Assembly (NCBI GenBank): GCA_964016885.1
Contig: OZ024742.1
Location: 156,612,001 to 156,676,000, forward strand
Length of the DNA stretch: 64,000 bases
Source of the DNA: Eledone cirrhosa
Taxonomy: Eukaryota
Direction of reading: 5' to 3'
Of the stretch, positions 1 to 14,019 are shown one piece after another; the first letter of the stretch is position 1; each line of letters begins with the position of its first letter. Made by a program: the position numbers and the translations under genes. The notes below the pieces were generated by a model. It made no database searches and had not been told where the DNA came from. It saw only the letters and a program-made list of their open reading frames with translations.

Positions 1-1366
1 CTACAAAATATCGTGGCTGCTCTCCACACTACTGAAACCTATTCTACACACACTACCAGCCCACGTCTGCAGTTCAAAGGAGGTCTTGGAGCGACTACAC
101 CATCTGGCGCCCAACACCAGAAAGGACAACGGTTATGCTTTCAGTCTTGATGTGGTCGCCCTTTATACCTCCGTACCAGCATCCCCAGCTGTCGACCTGT
201 TGACCGAACGAGTCCGAGCATCTAACTTACACTGCTTCGGACTCACACACACGGACATCCACAAACTCCTCTCCTTCGTTGTGGATAATGCACTCTTCAA
301 TTTCCTCGGCCACGCGTACAAACAAATCTCTGGGCTACCTATGGGCTCTAGTCTGTCCGGCATACTTGCGATCTCGTACATGGACCACCTGGAACGCAAG
401 GCACTCAATACCTGCCAACCCAACGCCGTCGCCTTCTACTCCAGATACGTTGATGACATCCTGATACTTACTTCTTCCCGGGAGATGGCAAATGAAATTC
501 ACCAAATCTTCAACGATACTGACCATCACGTCGATTTCACCATCGAACACCCAGGATAAGACGGGTCACTCGCCCTCCTCGACTTCCGTATCAACATCTC
601 GGAAGAAGGAGACATAAACACCACCTTCTACCGCAAAGCAGCGTGCAAGGACTTATTTGTGCATTATAACTCAGCCCTCCCCAACAACGCTAAGAGAGGC
701 TATGTCCTAAATGAACTGACACGGATCACTAACAGATGCAGCGACCCGATGGGTGGTCTCACCCATACCATGCAATTCCGTAATCTAGTCAGATCTAATG
801 GTTATCCCAAGCGACTGATTAACGGAATTAGAGACCCCAGACCCAATAGACAGACACCCACTAGAAAATTAATTAATAGCAGGTGCTTCTTTAAAATCCC
901 CCACCTGAGTGAATATACCACGAACGCCATCCGCAGGGCCATACGGACGGAGGGACTTGACATAAATTTGGCCCACACAGGACCATCGCTGCGAAGACGC
1001 CTCTCCAACAAACCCGACGAGTCAGATGGGACGTGTTCCCTCAGCAACTGCCCGATACGGGGGGAAGATTGCCTACGCACCTATGTCGTATATAAGATTC
1101 AATGCGATAAATGTAACAAGTTTTACATAGGTAGCACCATCCGACCCCTACATGTTCGTATCAAGGAACATATCAACACCAACGCATCTTCCTTCCGTAA
1201 ACACATCCTTAAATGCGGAAACCCACAGGGTAGACCCTTGGTCACAGTCCTAGCGACTGAACGCAGCATCGGATCCTTAAGGATAAAGGAAGCACTTGTT
1301 ATTAAGAACCTCAGACCCCCACTTAACAACCGGGCTGAGAGAAATGAGCTGACATGGCTAACTTAA
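1..1366 (+). mobile_element. Penelope-like retroelement ORF (RT + C-terminal GIY-YIG endonuclease), 5' end outside window, one in-frame stop at 557-559
   Basis: ORFs 86-559 and 659-1366 are in the same frame. RT motifs FSLDVVALYTSVP, GLPMGSSLSGILA, RYVDD; GIY-YIG motif VVYKIQCDKCNKFYIGSTIRPLHVRIKEH ... IKEAL ... PPLN. Confidence 0.93.
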
Positions 1367-1416
1367 CCATAGTGACCATTCACAGCCTACGGCCTGCTAT
1401 CTTCGCACACACGCAC

Positions 1417-1745
1417 GTATATGCATACCCATACGCATACACACACACATCTATATTTATACACGCACACATGTTTTTACAACCTACCACCTTTCACACC
1501 CTTTGATTTCCAGCTTCTACAGCCCACTATCTTTCACACACAAACACAATCACACATATACACACACAGTTACACACACATGTATACCCATACGCTTACA
1601 CACACACATCTATATTTATACACGCACACATGTTTTACAACCTACCACCTTTCACACCCTTTGATTTCCAGCTTCTACAGCCCACTATCTTTCACACACA
1701 CACACACTCACACATATACACACTTACAGTTATACACACACAGTT
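1417..1745 (+). repeat. ~160 bp tandem duplication in the PLE 3' region, CA-rich
   Basis: tacccatacg...ctatatttatacacgcacacatgtttt...ccagcttctacagcccactatctttcacac occurs twice, at ~1426 and ~1584. Confidence 0.9.
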
Positions 1746-1973
1746 ACACACACATATATATCTACACACACATATCTTACGGCTTTCACACGCTAGCGCA
1801 CCCTCTTGATTTAACCCGTTTGGTCAGTAGCTTTTGCCACAGCCTATCACGCGCACGCGCATTCTTTCCCTCGTTTAAATTTTAAATAATTTTCTCCCCA
1901 TAACGGCATTCCTGTCTTAACGACATCACAACTTTCTCCGCTTGGCCTGTCCCCCCCCCCCCTTTTGGAACTT

Positions 1974-2006
1974 TCCCCCGTTGATGGGTGAGCCCGAAAT
2001 ATTGGG
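1974..2006 (+). ncRNA. Degenerate minimal hammerhead ribozyme 3' of PLE copy 1
   Basis: TCCC-CCGTTGA-T-GGGTGAGCCC-GAAA-TA-TT-GGGA: stem I TCCC/GGGA, stem II GGG/CCC; the core deviates from CTGANGA. Confidence 0.4.
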
Positions 2007-2154
2007 ATTAAATCTCCACTACGGTAACCCTTCTACTTTTGTTTTGTTTTCATCTTTGTCTCTCTCAATTTTCACTTTCACCTGTTTTTCCTATCTATCT
2101 TTCACTTCCTACCTCGAGATTTCCCTCTGCATTGTTGTGGCTTTCTTAACTACG

Positions 2155-2258
<104 letters not shown>

Positions 2259-2275
2259 ATATATGTATATATATA

Positions 2276-3661
<1,386 letters not shown>

Positions 3662-5250
3662 ACAGATAGAGTTCGAACAAAAAATAATTTCACTATTTAT
3701 GGATGATTGAATAAAAACAAATTAAATCACGTAACAAATTGTATGCATTCATTATGTATGCCATCGGTATTAAACTGAATTGAGAAATAACTAATAGCAT
3801 TGTTGCATTGAATAAAACGAAGTATCATATTGTGAAGGTTGAAAATGCCTCTAATATGCATTGCGTGTGTCAATTTATGCTGGAATCACTGAATGAAGCG
3901 GAGGAGGTATAAGGAATGATTACAAGCCTGCAGGGTCTACCAATAATGGCATAGTTCCGTCAACAAGTTGAGATTCTCACTAGGTACGCAATAACCGTAA
4001 AAAAGTGGATCCCAATGTTAAAAATAAATATTGGTCGGTAATCAGGTAAATGTATCAATGTATAATTCGTGATAATACATTTGTAATTTAGATAATGAAC
4101 ATTACGGAAATATACATTACAAATAAACCTTCATTTTTCTAAGTTTATCCCCAATAATGTTGGGCTTGATGCACCATTGCAAACACAAGAAATCATTATT
4201 AATGATTTTTGTCGGACTAAACACGTTCTTCTAAGTCTGTTCGTCGACCGACTATCATAAAATCTATTGGTTGCCTGAATAGTGGTGGTTTCCCAATAGA
4301 ATTAACCTCGTAATTGACGTCAGCATATTTCCAATCCAGATACATGATATGCAACAAATACAATTAGTTCTTATATTATGTGTGTATTTTCCAAATTGTA
4401 ATTAGCTCTTGGGAAATAATCACTCAAAATAAAAGTCGTACCATAATGAGAGTACAACTAATATTGTTAGAGAAACAAATAGAAATATACGATTGCTATT
4501 AGAGAGTTGGATGAAGCATGCTTGCAGTCAAACTATCTAAAACGATTGAAATGTTATTTGCATTGTACAGCAAAACTGATATGCTCATACAAGATTTACA
4601 AATCTCTCCTTATCGTTTGCACCGAGTGGGCAAGTTCTACACTGTTCATTTGTGTTGAATCAAACACCTTTTCCAGAGGTGTTTGTATATACGTTATTCC
4701 TGAAAGCCTTTCGGTGTGTCTGCATTGAAAAAATGACTAAAATTATTATTGATTTGAAAATCATTAATCACTTAAAAATCAATTTGCGATCAGACAAAGG
4801 GGATTACTTTGAGAACAATTTTTCAGTATTCGTGTAATGAATTTATCCTCATTTATAATATTGTGCTGCTTGTGATCTTGATTGCATAATCATGATTGTT
4901 ACCACTGGGATGTTGAGTATATTAATAACAATAATGTATTGCTGCTCAAAATATTGATTATATAAATATTATCCTATGAAAGCAATTTCACGTCAAACCT
5001 CCACACATTGAATTTGGTATTTTACAGCAGTATTCATTTCTGCTCTCCCACCACTGGTTTACACACCTCTAGAACTAAAATAACTTTCGTGTGCCACTCA
5101 CCTAATAGTGATTAAATTGCTGCACATACCAATATTCTTTCATGCATTTCCGGTGGTGTTTTTCGCGCACGTATATATAGGCGTTCACCTATAATATCTG
5201 CTTGAATCTTACTCAATAAAATGTATACATGCACATGTATATGGGTTATG

Positions 5251-5333
<83 letters not shown>

Positions 5334-5964
5334 GGGGAGGGGTTTTGTGCTAGAACTCTGTAAATCATATGTCGTAATTATGGGGCAAAACTATTTAACT
5401 CCAAAGGTATAGCATATTCTTCCATGTTTATATGGAAGTATGTTTTGATTAAACTGAAAGCAATTGAATCTACCACTTAATATTGCATTAATCACCAAAT
5501 TCACCACCATATCAATTGTTTTGAAGGGATCCAACATTCAATAGATACTTATGTGTACATAGGTTACACATACAAGGAAGATAGTAGAGAAAGATATTCT
5601 TAAATGATGCATATTAATTCAGGATTCAGAAAAATTGAATGTATGTATGTGTATATATATATATAGATATATATATATATAACGAAGGAAATGTGGTAAG
5701 GAACCAGATGGACAATAACGCACCAAAGTACTCAATACTTAGGGTAGTAGAGTGGGTAATAGGAACGAGTAGGACCCCGTCGGCTGAGCTCAAGCCGTTT
5801 CGACGGCTAATTCTGGACTAAATGAACATGTTGATCCTGGTAAATGAATATCCGAGCTTCTCAGGGGGTAATTCCATATATGGTAAAAGTGATTGTCACA
5901 AGGATTGGTCAAACGTTTGTTGTTGAGAAACATAATTATATCATGGCATTCTGTGGAAGGAAGG

Positions 5965-6144
5965 GACCTCAAAGATAACAATTTAACCTATAATCTCTTT
6001 TGGAGCTTACTGTCCAGAGCCAACTCTTACACGCGAGGACGCCGTACGTGTAACTTATGCTCGGAGGAAACATTACAAATGTTGTTTTCGACGGACCAAT
6101 TCCTAAACAAGAAAGACGAACTGGTAACTGCATGCTAACATGGA
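5965..6144 (+). pseudogene. C-terminal fragment of a PLE GIY-YIG endonuclease (CxLC...LNKK.EL...CxH type)
   Basis: DLKDNNLTYNLFWSLLSRANSYTRGRRTCNLCSEETLQMLF...FLNKKDELVTAC*H matches the W.I...A..Y..G...C.LC..EK...LNKR.E....C.H ending seen in some PLE endonucleases. Confidence 0.75.
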
Positions 6145-6624
6145 TTGCGTAGGAGTTACCTCACCCTCAAACCTCATAATGACCCGAGAGGGGGATTAGA
6201 CAAGGGCTGTAACACCCACTTGCCGACTTTGTAATGGGTAACCCCTGCTTACAAAGGTAGACGTAACATTTTCTCATATATTTTTTATCGTTTCCTCTAT
6301 ATTTCCTTCTACCCCCATCCCTTCCTAGTCATTCTACCCCAGTTCTCCTTCTTTGTCGTCGTTCTTTTCACCTTCTCGCCCACCCCGAGGCAGCCCTTCG
6401 GTCCGCTGTAGCCTCAGTACCCCAACCCCCACCCCATATTATATGATAGAATTGGCCGGCTCCGCTTTTTATAGCAGATGTGCTAGACCCCAGATACTTG
6501 CTTTCTTATCTGATTGCTGCCCCATTTCCGTGATTTCTAGATTTCTTAGTGGTATCTCTGCTTTAGTTTCTCGTATATCAGTATTTTTTTTAGGGATTCT
6601 TAAGTAATTTTTCGTATTAAATTT

Positions 6625-6960
6625 TTCATATATATCGTACGAGCATTTATGTAGTTTGTATTAGAATTTATGTATTGTAGCGGTACTCTTATATATCGTA
6701 TTAGTATTCATTTTCGGGATTCTGAATTAATATTTCGTATTAGTTTCGGGACTCTGAATTATTATTTCGTATTAGTTTTTTTTGTTTTTGTTAGTAGTTT
6801 TGGGCTCGATTCTGAATTAATTTTTCGTATTAGTTTTTCGTGTATATCGTACGAGCATTTATGTAGCTTGTATTAAAATTTATTTATTGTAGCGGTACTC
6901 TTATATATCGTATTAGTATTCAATTTCGGGACTCTGAATTATTATTTGGTATTAGTTTTT
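6625..6960 (+). repeat. ~210 bp imperfect tandem duplication with internal short repeats
   Basis: tatatcgtacgagcatttatgtag...gcggtactcttatatatcgtattagtattca occurs at ~6631 and ~6843. Confidence 0.85.
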
Positions 6961-7462
6961 TTTTTTAGTATCTTGGCCCCCTACTTGTTGACCTGTCATT
7001 GTAAGATAGATTTGGCCTATTACTACTAACTCATAGAATTATTTCACTACAATCTCGTATTTAGTATTCCGTCCCAGCTATTAAACTTTTCTATAGTTTA
7101 GCAGTACCAGTTAGAGGTTTGATAATTGTGTTAGGGGAATAGTAACCATAAATTGTGCTCTTTTATATTTTTAATATTCTTATATTTTTCTATATATTTA
7201 CTCAATATAGATTTACTTATTGTTTCGACTTCCTCCGCCCCTCCTCTCCAGTATACCTCTCTTGACCTCTTATTCTTAGGGTTTTGCTGTAGTTGTCACT
7301 TTCAACGCACGACTAGGTGTCTTCCACTCCCTCTCACTCTTTCTTCTACTGGCAAGTTCAGCTACCCTTTCCTTCCACAAAATGCCTTGATAGAATTATG
7401 TGTCTCAACAACAAACTTTTGACCAATCCTTATGACAATCACTTTTACCATATATGGAATTA

Positions 7463-7557
7463 GCCCCTCAGAAGCTCGGCTATTCATTTACCAGGATAAA
7501 CATTTTCATTTAGTCCAGAATTAGCCTTCGAAACGGCTTGAGCTCAGCCGTCGGGGT
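7463..7557 (+). ncRNA. Hammerhead-like motif in the PLE terminal repeat (mirror copy on - strand at 5774-5869)
   Basis: Stem I ACCCC/GGGGT; core CTGAGAA (left copy); stem II GGCTATTC/GAATTAGCC; GAAA-CGGCTTGAGCTCAGCCG-TC with near-palindromic stem III and GUC triplet. Confidence 0.6.
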
Positions 7558-7582
7558 CCTACTCGTTCATATATATATATAT

Positions 7583-7908
7583 AGATAAATCTACCAAATA
7601 TATACGCTAGTGTTCAATCCGTATGAAGAACTCAATGTAATCCAGATATCATGAAAAGAGAAGTTGTAATCAAACAATTTTTTCGATGAAAATCACAGGA
7701 AAACAGAGTCAAGATAAATTTTATTTTCTGAAGACAGCATATATATGTATAGGTATGTATATTCTCTCTGATATTTTGTAAAATGTTTACATAGATCTAT
7801 ATGATATACATACCAACACACACATATAAATCCTAGAAACGATCGTAAAATGATGAATTTGTTTAATATAAGGAACTGTTTCTTTGTTTTTATTCATTGT
7901 TTTTAATA

Positions 7909-7910
<2 letters not shown>
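7583..7910 (+). repeat. (TA)n-flanked repeat family B, copy 1 (copy 2 at 10444-10655)
   Basis: Both copies share tagataaatctaccaa, tacatagatct, tcctagaaacgat, gtttaatataaggaactgtttc. They contain CTGAAGA/CTGATGA and GAAACGATCGTA, possibly a degenerate hammerhead. Confidence 0.75.
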
Positions 7911-7960
<50 letters not shown>

Positions 7961-7984
7961 ACAATAATAATAATAATAATAATC

Positions 7985-8141
7985 GATCGACTTTCGTCAA
8001 ATCGGACCGAGGAAACAATGTTTTCCAGTTGCTGGTACTATCTATCGATCGCAACACCAGGTAGAAGGAGCAACATAAGACATCTCCCGATCCAGGAATC
8101 GAACTCACAACCTCAATATTGTGTATCTAATCCTTTAACCA

Positions 8142-8143
<2 letters not shown>
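7985..8143 (-). mobile_element. tRNA-derived SINE, family 2
   Basis: Minus strand agtggttaaagg ... gaggttgtgagttcgattcctgg (A/B boxes); ends at (TTA)n; homologous to 9789-9872. Confidence 0.7.
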
Positions 8144-8239
<96 letters not shown>

Positions 8240-8240
<1 letters not shown>

Positions 8241-9143
8241 GCATGCGTACATTTCAGCTCAGCCCTCCCAGTCAGTGTTAAGTTCGAATACATTAGGAAC
8301 GACCTAACACGTATCCGGAACAAATGCACCGACGCAAGAGACAGAGACACACACACTACACATTTCCAGGAAGTACTTAAACTGAATGATACCCGAGGTC
8401 CACCGCGAACCATGCCAGAAACAACAGAGGACACCACATCCGAGTCACTAATACTTGCTTCCTGAAGCTCCCACACTTCAGTGACGAAACAACAACAACC
8501 ATCCGCAGAGCTATCAGACCAGAGGGACTAGATATCCAGCTAGCCCAGTCAGGACCTTATCTACGTGGACAGCTAACCAAAAATACTCCACCAGACAAGA
8601 CAACCGCTGCACGCCGGCCAACTACCCCATCGACGACACAGACCTACGCCACCTGGCTTACGTCGCATACAGATTAGAGTGCGACAATTGCAGCAGTTTC
8701 TACATAGGTAGCACCATCAGACCACTTCACATTAGAATAACAGTACACCTCAACACTAATGCTTCCTCATTTAAGAAACACCTAGTGAAATGCAAAAACA
8801 CCGAGAAAAACATAATAGTTCGAATAGAAGCTAAGGGAAGAAACCTCGGCAATCTTAGAATTAAAGAAACCGTAAGTATAGATAAAACGCCACCACTAAT
8901 CGATAACATACTAGAACTCAACACCAAATGTTTAACATGATAGAGCACCTAGCCCCACGCTTACACCTCCACGTATCCCCTCACACTCACCCACATACAC
9001 ACACGCACAAACACACGTACGCTTACACCTTTACTTATTCTCTCTCTCACATACACACACACACACATACACACACATAGACCAGTTTTAACATGATAGA
9101 GCATCTAGCACCCACATTTACATACAAACATATCCTCTCACAG

Positions 9144-9189
<46 letters not shown>

Positions 9190-9480
9190 ACACATGCTTA
9201 TACCCTCACGCATTCTCTCAAACACACATACACACACTTAGACATACATGTCCAAACCCTTTTAAAGGGAGACAACTATTTATCCACCTAACCTTCACTC
9301 TTTGACATAAGAAATAGAATGGAATTTGTATACTATTTCCTGTCAGTATAATTTGGCAAGCTAATTAGAACACTGGATTAACCCTTTACTTCCCTCTGCA
9401 GAAGAGATATTATCTCGAAATATCAGGAAATTCAAATAAAGTTCAGGTAAAAGACAAATTGTCAGCCATATGTTTAGCAC
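8240..9480 (+). mobile_element. Degenerate 5'-truncated PLE copy 2 (GIY-YIG region plus 3' repeat), related to 1-1366
   Basis: Frames give IRRAIRPEGLDIQLAQSGP and YRLECDNCSSFYIGSTIRPLHIRITVHLNTNASSFKKHLVKC, clearly homologous to ORF 659-1366; contains frameshifts and stops. Confidence 0.88.
9390..9430 (+). ncRNA. Minimal hammerhead ribozyme 3' of PLE copy 2
   Basis: TTCCCT-CTGCAGA-A-GAGATA T TATCTC-GAAA-TA-TC-AGGAAA, then AATAAA; one core substitution versus CTGAAGA. Confidence 0.65.
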
Positions 9481-9577
9481 TTGTATTTATATTCTATATC
9501 CATCCTTGCATTGTTCTGGCCTTTTAACTTCAAACGTTTACAACTAACTACGCAATGCTTCAAGTAAACTACCATTT

Positions 9578-9672
<95 letters not shown>

Positions 9673-9709
9673 AATGAAAAGTATAGAAATATATATATAT
9701 ATATATATA

Positions 9710-9954
9710 TAATTGTACACACACTCAGCCGCTACTCTTCTAATTAATTAATAGTGTCATCCCCGGAAACATATATATATATATATATAGTTAAATAATT
9801 GGATTCACAATCTTGAGGTTGTGAGTTCGATGCCTGGATCGCGGGCGATGTGTTATGTCCTTAAGCAAGACATATATATACATATATCTATAAGTTTCTG
9901 GGGATGACACTACTAATTAATTGGGAGAGTAACGGCTGATTGTGTGTACAATTA
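9710..9954. repeat. Fold-back element (~60 bp arms, 9710-9770 / 9894-9954) with a SINE fragment in its TA-rich loop
   Basis: taattgtacacacactcagccgctactc...gtgtcatccccggaaac vs gtttctggggatgacac...gagtaacggctgattgtgtgtacaatta. Confidence 0.85.
9789..9872 (+). mobile_element. tRNA-derived SINE family 2, 5' fragment
   Basis: gaggttgtgagttcgatgcctggatc...tgtccttaagcaagaca; B box present. Confidence 0.65.
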
Positions 9955-10335
9955 GCATTTTCCAAGTCACGTCATTCCCAAAACAGTTGCATTAGCAAAT
10001 GTTACTCACCACTCATGCAATGTTTCCAAATATTAGAAATATTACATAAACAAGACTCACGTAACATGGGTCGAACTGACAAATAATGAGACTGATTGTA
10101 GTTTTATACTGTCGCAGAATGAGGTGATCTTTATGAATAGGGGGGGGGGGGGTGAAATCAGCCATTACAACAAAAATACTTTTGTTGGTAACATTCAGAT
10201 AACTGAATACATGCCAGAGCTTTCAAGCAAGTTAGTCATGCGAATAACAAAGACGGAGATACAAAAACATAAATATGGAAATAAGAAAAATTGTCGTGTT
10301 CATCGATTGATTAAAGGCATATATATATGTGTGTG

Positions 10336-10722
<387 letters not shown>

Positions 10723-10723
<1 letters not shown>

Positions 10724-11032
10724 GTAAGCAAAGAAATATTTAAATTGTTTATTATTCATCAAATTTATTTATAACAGTTTCAAAGCACTCTACAGTTTTG
10801 GAGTATAATATCAATGATATTAATAAATGGAAACTATATTTATAAAACCATATTTATTTTTTATATATATTTCAAATTGAACCTGAACCGATAAGGTCTT
10901 GTTTCTTGTGTATTTATAAAACAATTGTTGTATTGTATCTGATGAGGGCGTACCAAAATGTTGGTACCCTTGAAATATATATAATAAAATAAATATGGTT
11001 TTATAAATATAGTTTCCATTTATTAATATCAT
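10723..11032. mobile_element. Fold-back mini-element (arms 10814-10875 / 10970-11032, tail 10723-10813) with a hammerhead
   Basis: Near-perfect 60 bp inverted repeat; starts at (TA)n. Confidence 0.85.
10931..10991 (+). ncRNA. Minimal type I hammerhead ribozyme, intact core
   Basis: TATTGTAT-CTGATGA-GGGCGTACCAAAATGTTGGTACCCTT-GAAA-TATATA-TA-ATAAAATA. Confidence 0.8.
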
Positions 11033-11033
11033 A

Positions 11034-11220
11034 GGGGCGGTGGATTGGCAGTATCGGTAGAGGGTCGGACGCCATGCTTTCCAGCATAGTTACGTCCCTT
11101 TACAATCTGAGTTCAAATCCCGCCGAGGTTGACTTTGCCTTTCATCCTTACGGGGTAGATAAAATAAAGTACCAGTAATGCACTGGGTAATTGCTAGCCT
11201 AGTGCCTAAATTAGAAACAA
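11034..11220 (+). mobile_element. tRNA-derived SINE, family 1 (full length), TSD TAATATCAT
   Basis: A box TGGCAGTATCGG, B box GAGTTCAAATCC, conserved core GCCTTTCATCCTTACGGGGT(C)GATAAAATAAAGTACCAG (resembles the Meta-SINE-type central domain); 9 bp direct repeat on both flanks. Confidence 0.92.
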
Positions 11221-12280
11221 CTAATATCATTTATATATATATATATATATGTGTGGCGAGGTTGTGTGTGTGTATGTGTGTCTATGTGTGTGTATGTGTG
11301 TGTGTGTATGTGTGTGTGTATGTGTGCGTGTGTGTACAGGTGAGCAGAAACTAAGTTAAGATGGTACCTTAAATGTTTATTACATAACAATTGTCTCGAT
11401 ATTGATCAGCTTAGGGTTCGATCTTATGAATCAGGGCCCACATTTTCCACATCTCATTAAATATGCGTTCATATGCGTAGAAACATTTTATCTGCTAAAA
11501 TATGACAATTGATACATTTATGAACATTTATGTTGGGTGTTGGGAGAGGTAGATGAATAGATAAATGGACACACAGATGTGTAATGTAATAAATTAAAAT
11601 GTATAAATCCAATAGAAGAATAAAAGGCAGATGAATAAATTCAGTTAATAGATATTAAACAAAAAACCCAGAGATATACGAAATAGAAAAATTATAAACA
11701 AAGAATGGAAAAATTATCAAGAATAAAAACAACGGCAAAAACATCGAGACTGACGGTGACTATGGCGATGATGTCTACAGTAGTAGTTGATAATACATAA
11801 CGCTTGACCTATCAATTAGGATTCACGACTATATAGTACCACAGAATATATTGATGGTGGCTATTTTTTTCTTGGACTTTTAGCTACTTCAAGAAGGCTG
11901 CACTTAAGAGACTTTAATAATTTGCTAGCTCATTGAAGAACATGAAAACGGTGTAAAATTATTTAATGTATTGAGTTCATATTCTTCAAATGGTGGGTTT
12001 TGGTGTTTGCGGGGAAGTAACTGCTAGATTTGCAGTGAAAAGTTTGGTTTCAGTTCTAAATAAAATAGATGGGATTTGGGAAATTGCCCACTGCTGACTT
12101 AAATGTCAATCTATAACACTGTATATACTACCTCAACGTTTCAAATATGTTATAAATATACTTTCATGATTGATATGGCTTATTATTAGAAAGTGTGGGA
12201 TATCTACCTGAACTATTATGGCTATATACAGGTATGGATTGTTGATCAAAGAGGAAAGTGTAGACATTTGGAATTGCATG

Positions 12281-12367
12281 TACTTCTGATATATTCACAT
12301 AGAATGATATATACTTCTGATATATTCACATAGAATGATATATACTTTTGATATATTCACATAGAAT
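12281..12367. repeat. ~31 bp minisatellite, ~3 copies
   Basis: tacttctgatatattcacatagaatgatata repeated. Confidence 0.9.
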
Positions 12368-14019
12368 TGGTATATTCGTAAAATGTCAATATAACTTCGT
12401 TTAAATCCAGGGTAAAATACATGTACTTAAATATAAACTTGTTGTCTCGTATGACTACGTATCTAAGGGTGCTAAATTATTTTGTGAGTGTAATAGTAGT
12501 ATTGTAATATCAAAGAAAACAATCCACTGTCAGACACTAAGCTTACAAATTTGCAAAAGTTGAATATGTGTTGAATTTAAAACTAGCTTCCGGGTAAATA
12601 TATATATACGCAGACATTAATACCAGAAGTTCTTTCGCTGGAGGACAAAAGACATCATGTAGACATAAAATCTGCATTTTCATACAACATTCAAAGGAGA
12701 GCAGCCGACTAAGATTTGGATTAAATCGATAAGGAAGTACCGTCATAATACCATTACGGCTTGGTGCAATTTTAAAATAAGTCTGTGCGTGTGCGTCTAT
12801 GTGTGTTTGTGTATGTGTGTGTGTAGGTGTGTGTGTGTGATTGTGTATGTGCGTGCGTGTGTGTATGTATGTGAGCGTGTGCGTATGCGTAAGGGGGGCG
12901 TATGTGTATTGGGGTGAGTATGCGTGCGTGTGTGTGTACGAGTGTGTGTGTGTTGGAGATCACATTCTCGGTATTAAATTAAAAATTAACACAAATGGAA
13001 ATTTAAACACAGAATTTAGGGTCTTAAGTAGAATTACAATTAACATCGTTTATTCTAAATTATGCGTTAAGTGAACAGATTCATTCACGTTATTAACGTG
13101 TAATGTCTACGTCATGTAATTTAATTAAGCATACCACTTAACAAATAGTATAACTATGTTCTTTCAAAAATTGTTGTCTGTCCAATATCTGTTAGTTTCT
13201 GAAACTTTTTCATCATTCTAGAAATATTCTAGAAATAAGGAACGTTTGGGAAACCCATATCTAGATGTTATTTCCATAGTATCGATTATAATAATGCCTA
13301 ACGATATATTACACAATGTAATTATTTCAGTTATATTATCTTGACTAATAATGAAACTGTATAGACACAGATAACAAGCCTCCAAGATTTAACTGATTAT
13401 ATAGTAATGCAACGAATAAGATAAAATTAATAAACATTTTACAATACGCAGTACGCAAGGGTTCATTAAGCAATTCGATATTACATTGATTAAATGTTGA
13501 GATTATAATACCGTTTGATAATTAATGGCAGTCTATGGGAATATTTTGTTTTACGTTAATTAATTCGATGATATGTAACTGTGTTTAATTTAATAGCAAT
13601 ATAAGTTACATAACGCAGCTAACAGGTTCCGGAGAATAGTTATCGTTTCTGCTCTGTACATGTATTTAAATATTCACCTGACAATATTATAATCGTCTCA
13701 CACTCTCCAATATGCTCAACATACACCGTATACCAAGGCGGTGCTGATATGAAGCCACAGGGAGTTAAGAGGCATTTACATAACTCTTTATATCATTAGA
13801 GAATAGAAAACATACGGCAAATATTTGATTGGGGAATGATGCATTGTACATTGCAGTTTCTATATGAAATCCGGCGGGTGGTTAAGTTCTCGGACTATAG
13901 ATCCTGTCTAGACAGCCTACTTCGATGGAAGCCGCGGGGTGATGTGAAAAGCTGATATCAGCAGCCGAAAACGCAGCACTCTAAGCTAGTTTACGCTGTG
14001 TTGATGATCTACCTCATGT

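Larger units (their letters stand above)
5681..7568 (+). mobile_element. 5'-truncated PLE bounded by ~200 bp inverted repeats (5761-5964 / 7366-7568), extra tail 5681-5760, inserted in (TA)n
   Basis: The arms are reverse complements (aggaacgagtaggaccccgtcggctgagctcaagccg vs cggcttgagctcagccgtcggggtcctactcgttc); a coding remnant lies inside. Confidence 0.85.

Noticed and set aside
11034-11125. tRNA genes at A/B box matches
   Set aside because: They do not fold as cloverleaves and continue into a repeated core and tail, so they are SINE heads.
12281-12367. Regularly spaced repeats as a CRISPR array
   Set aside because: Contiguous tandem repeat with no spacers, in eukaryotic context, with no cas genes.
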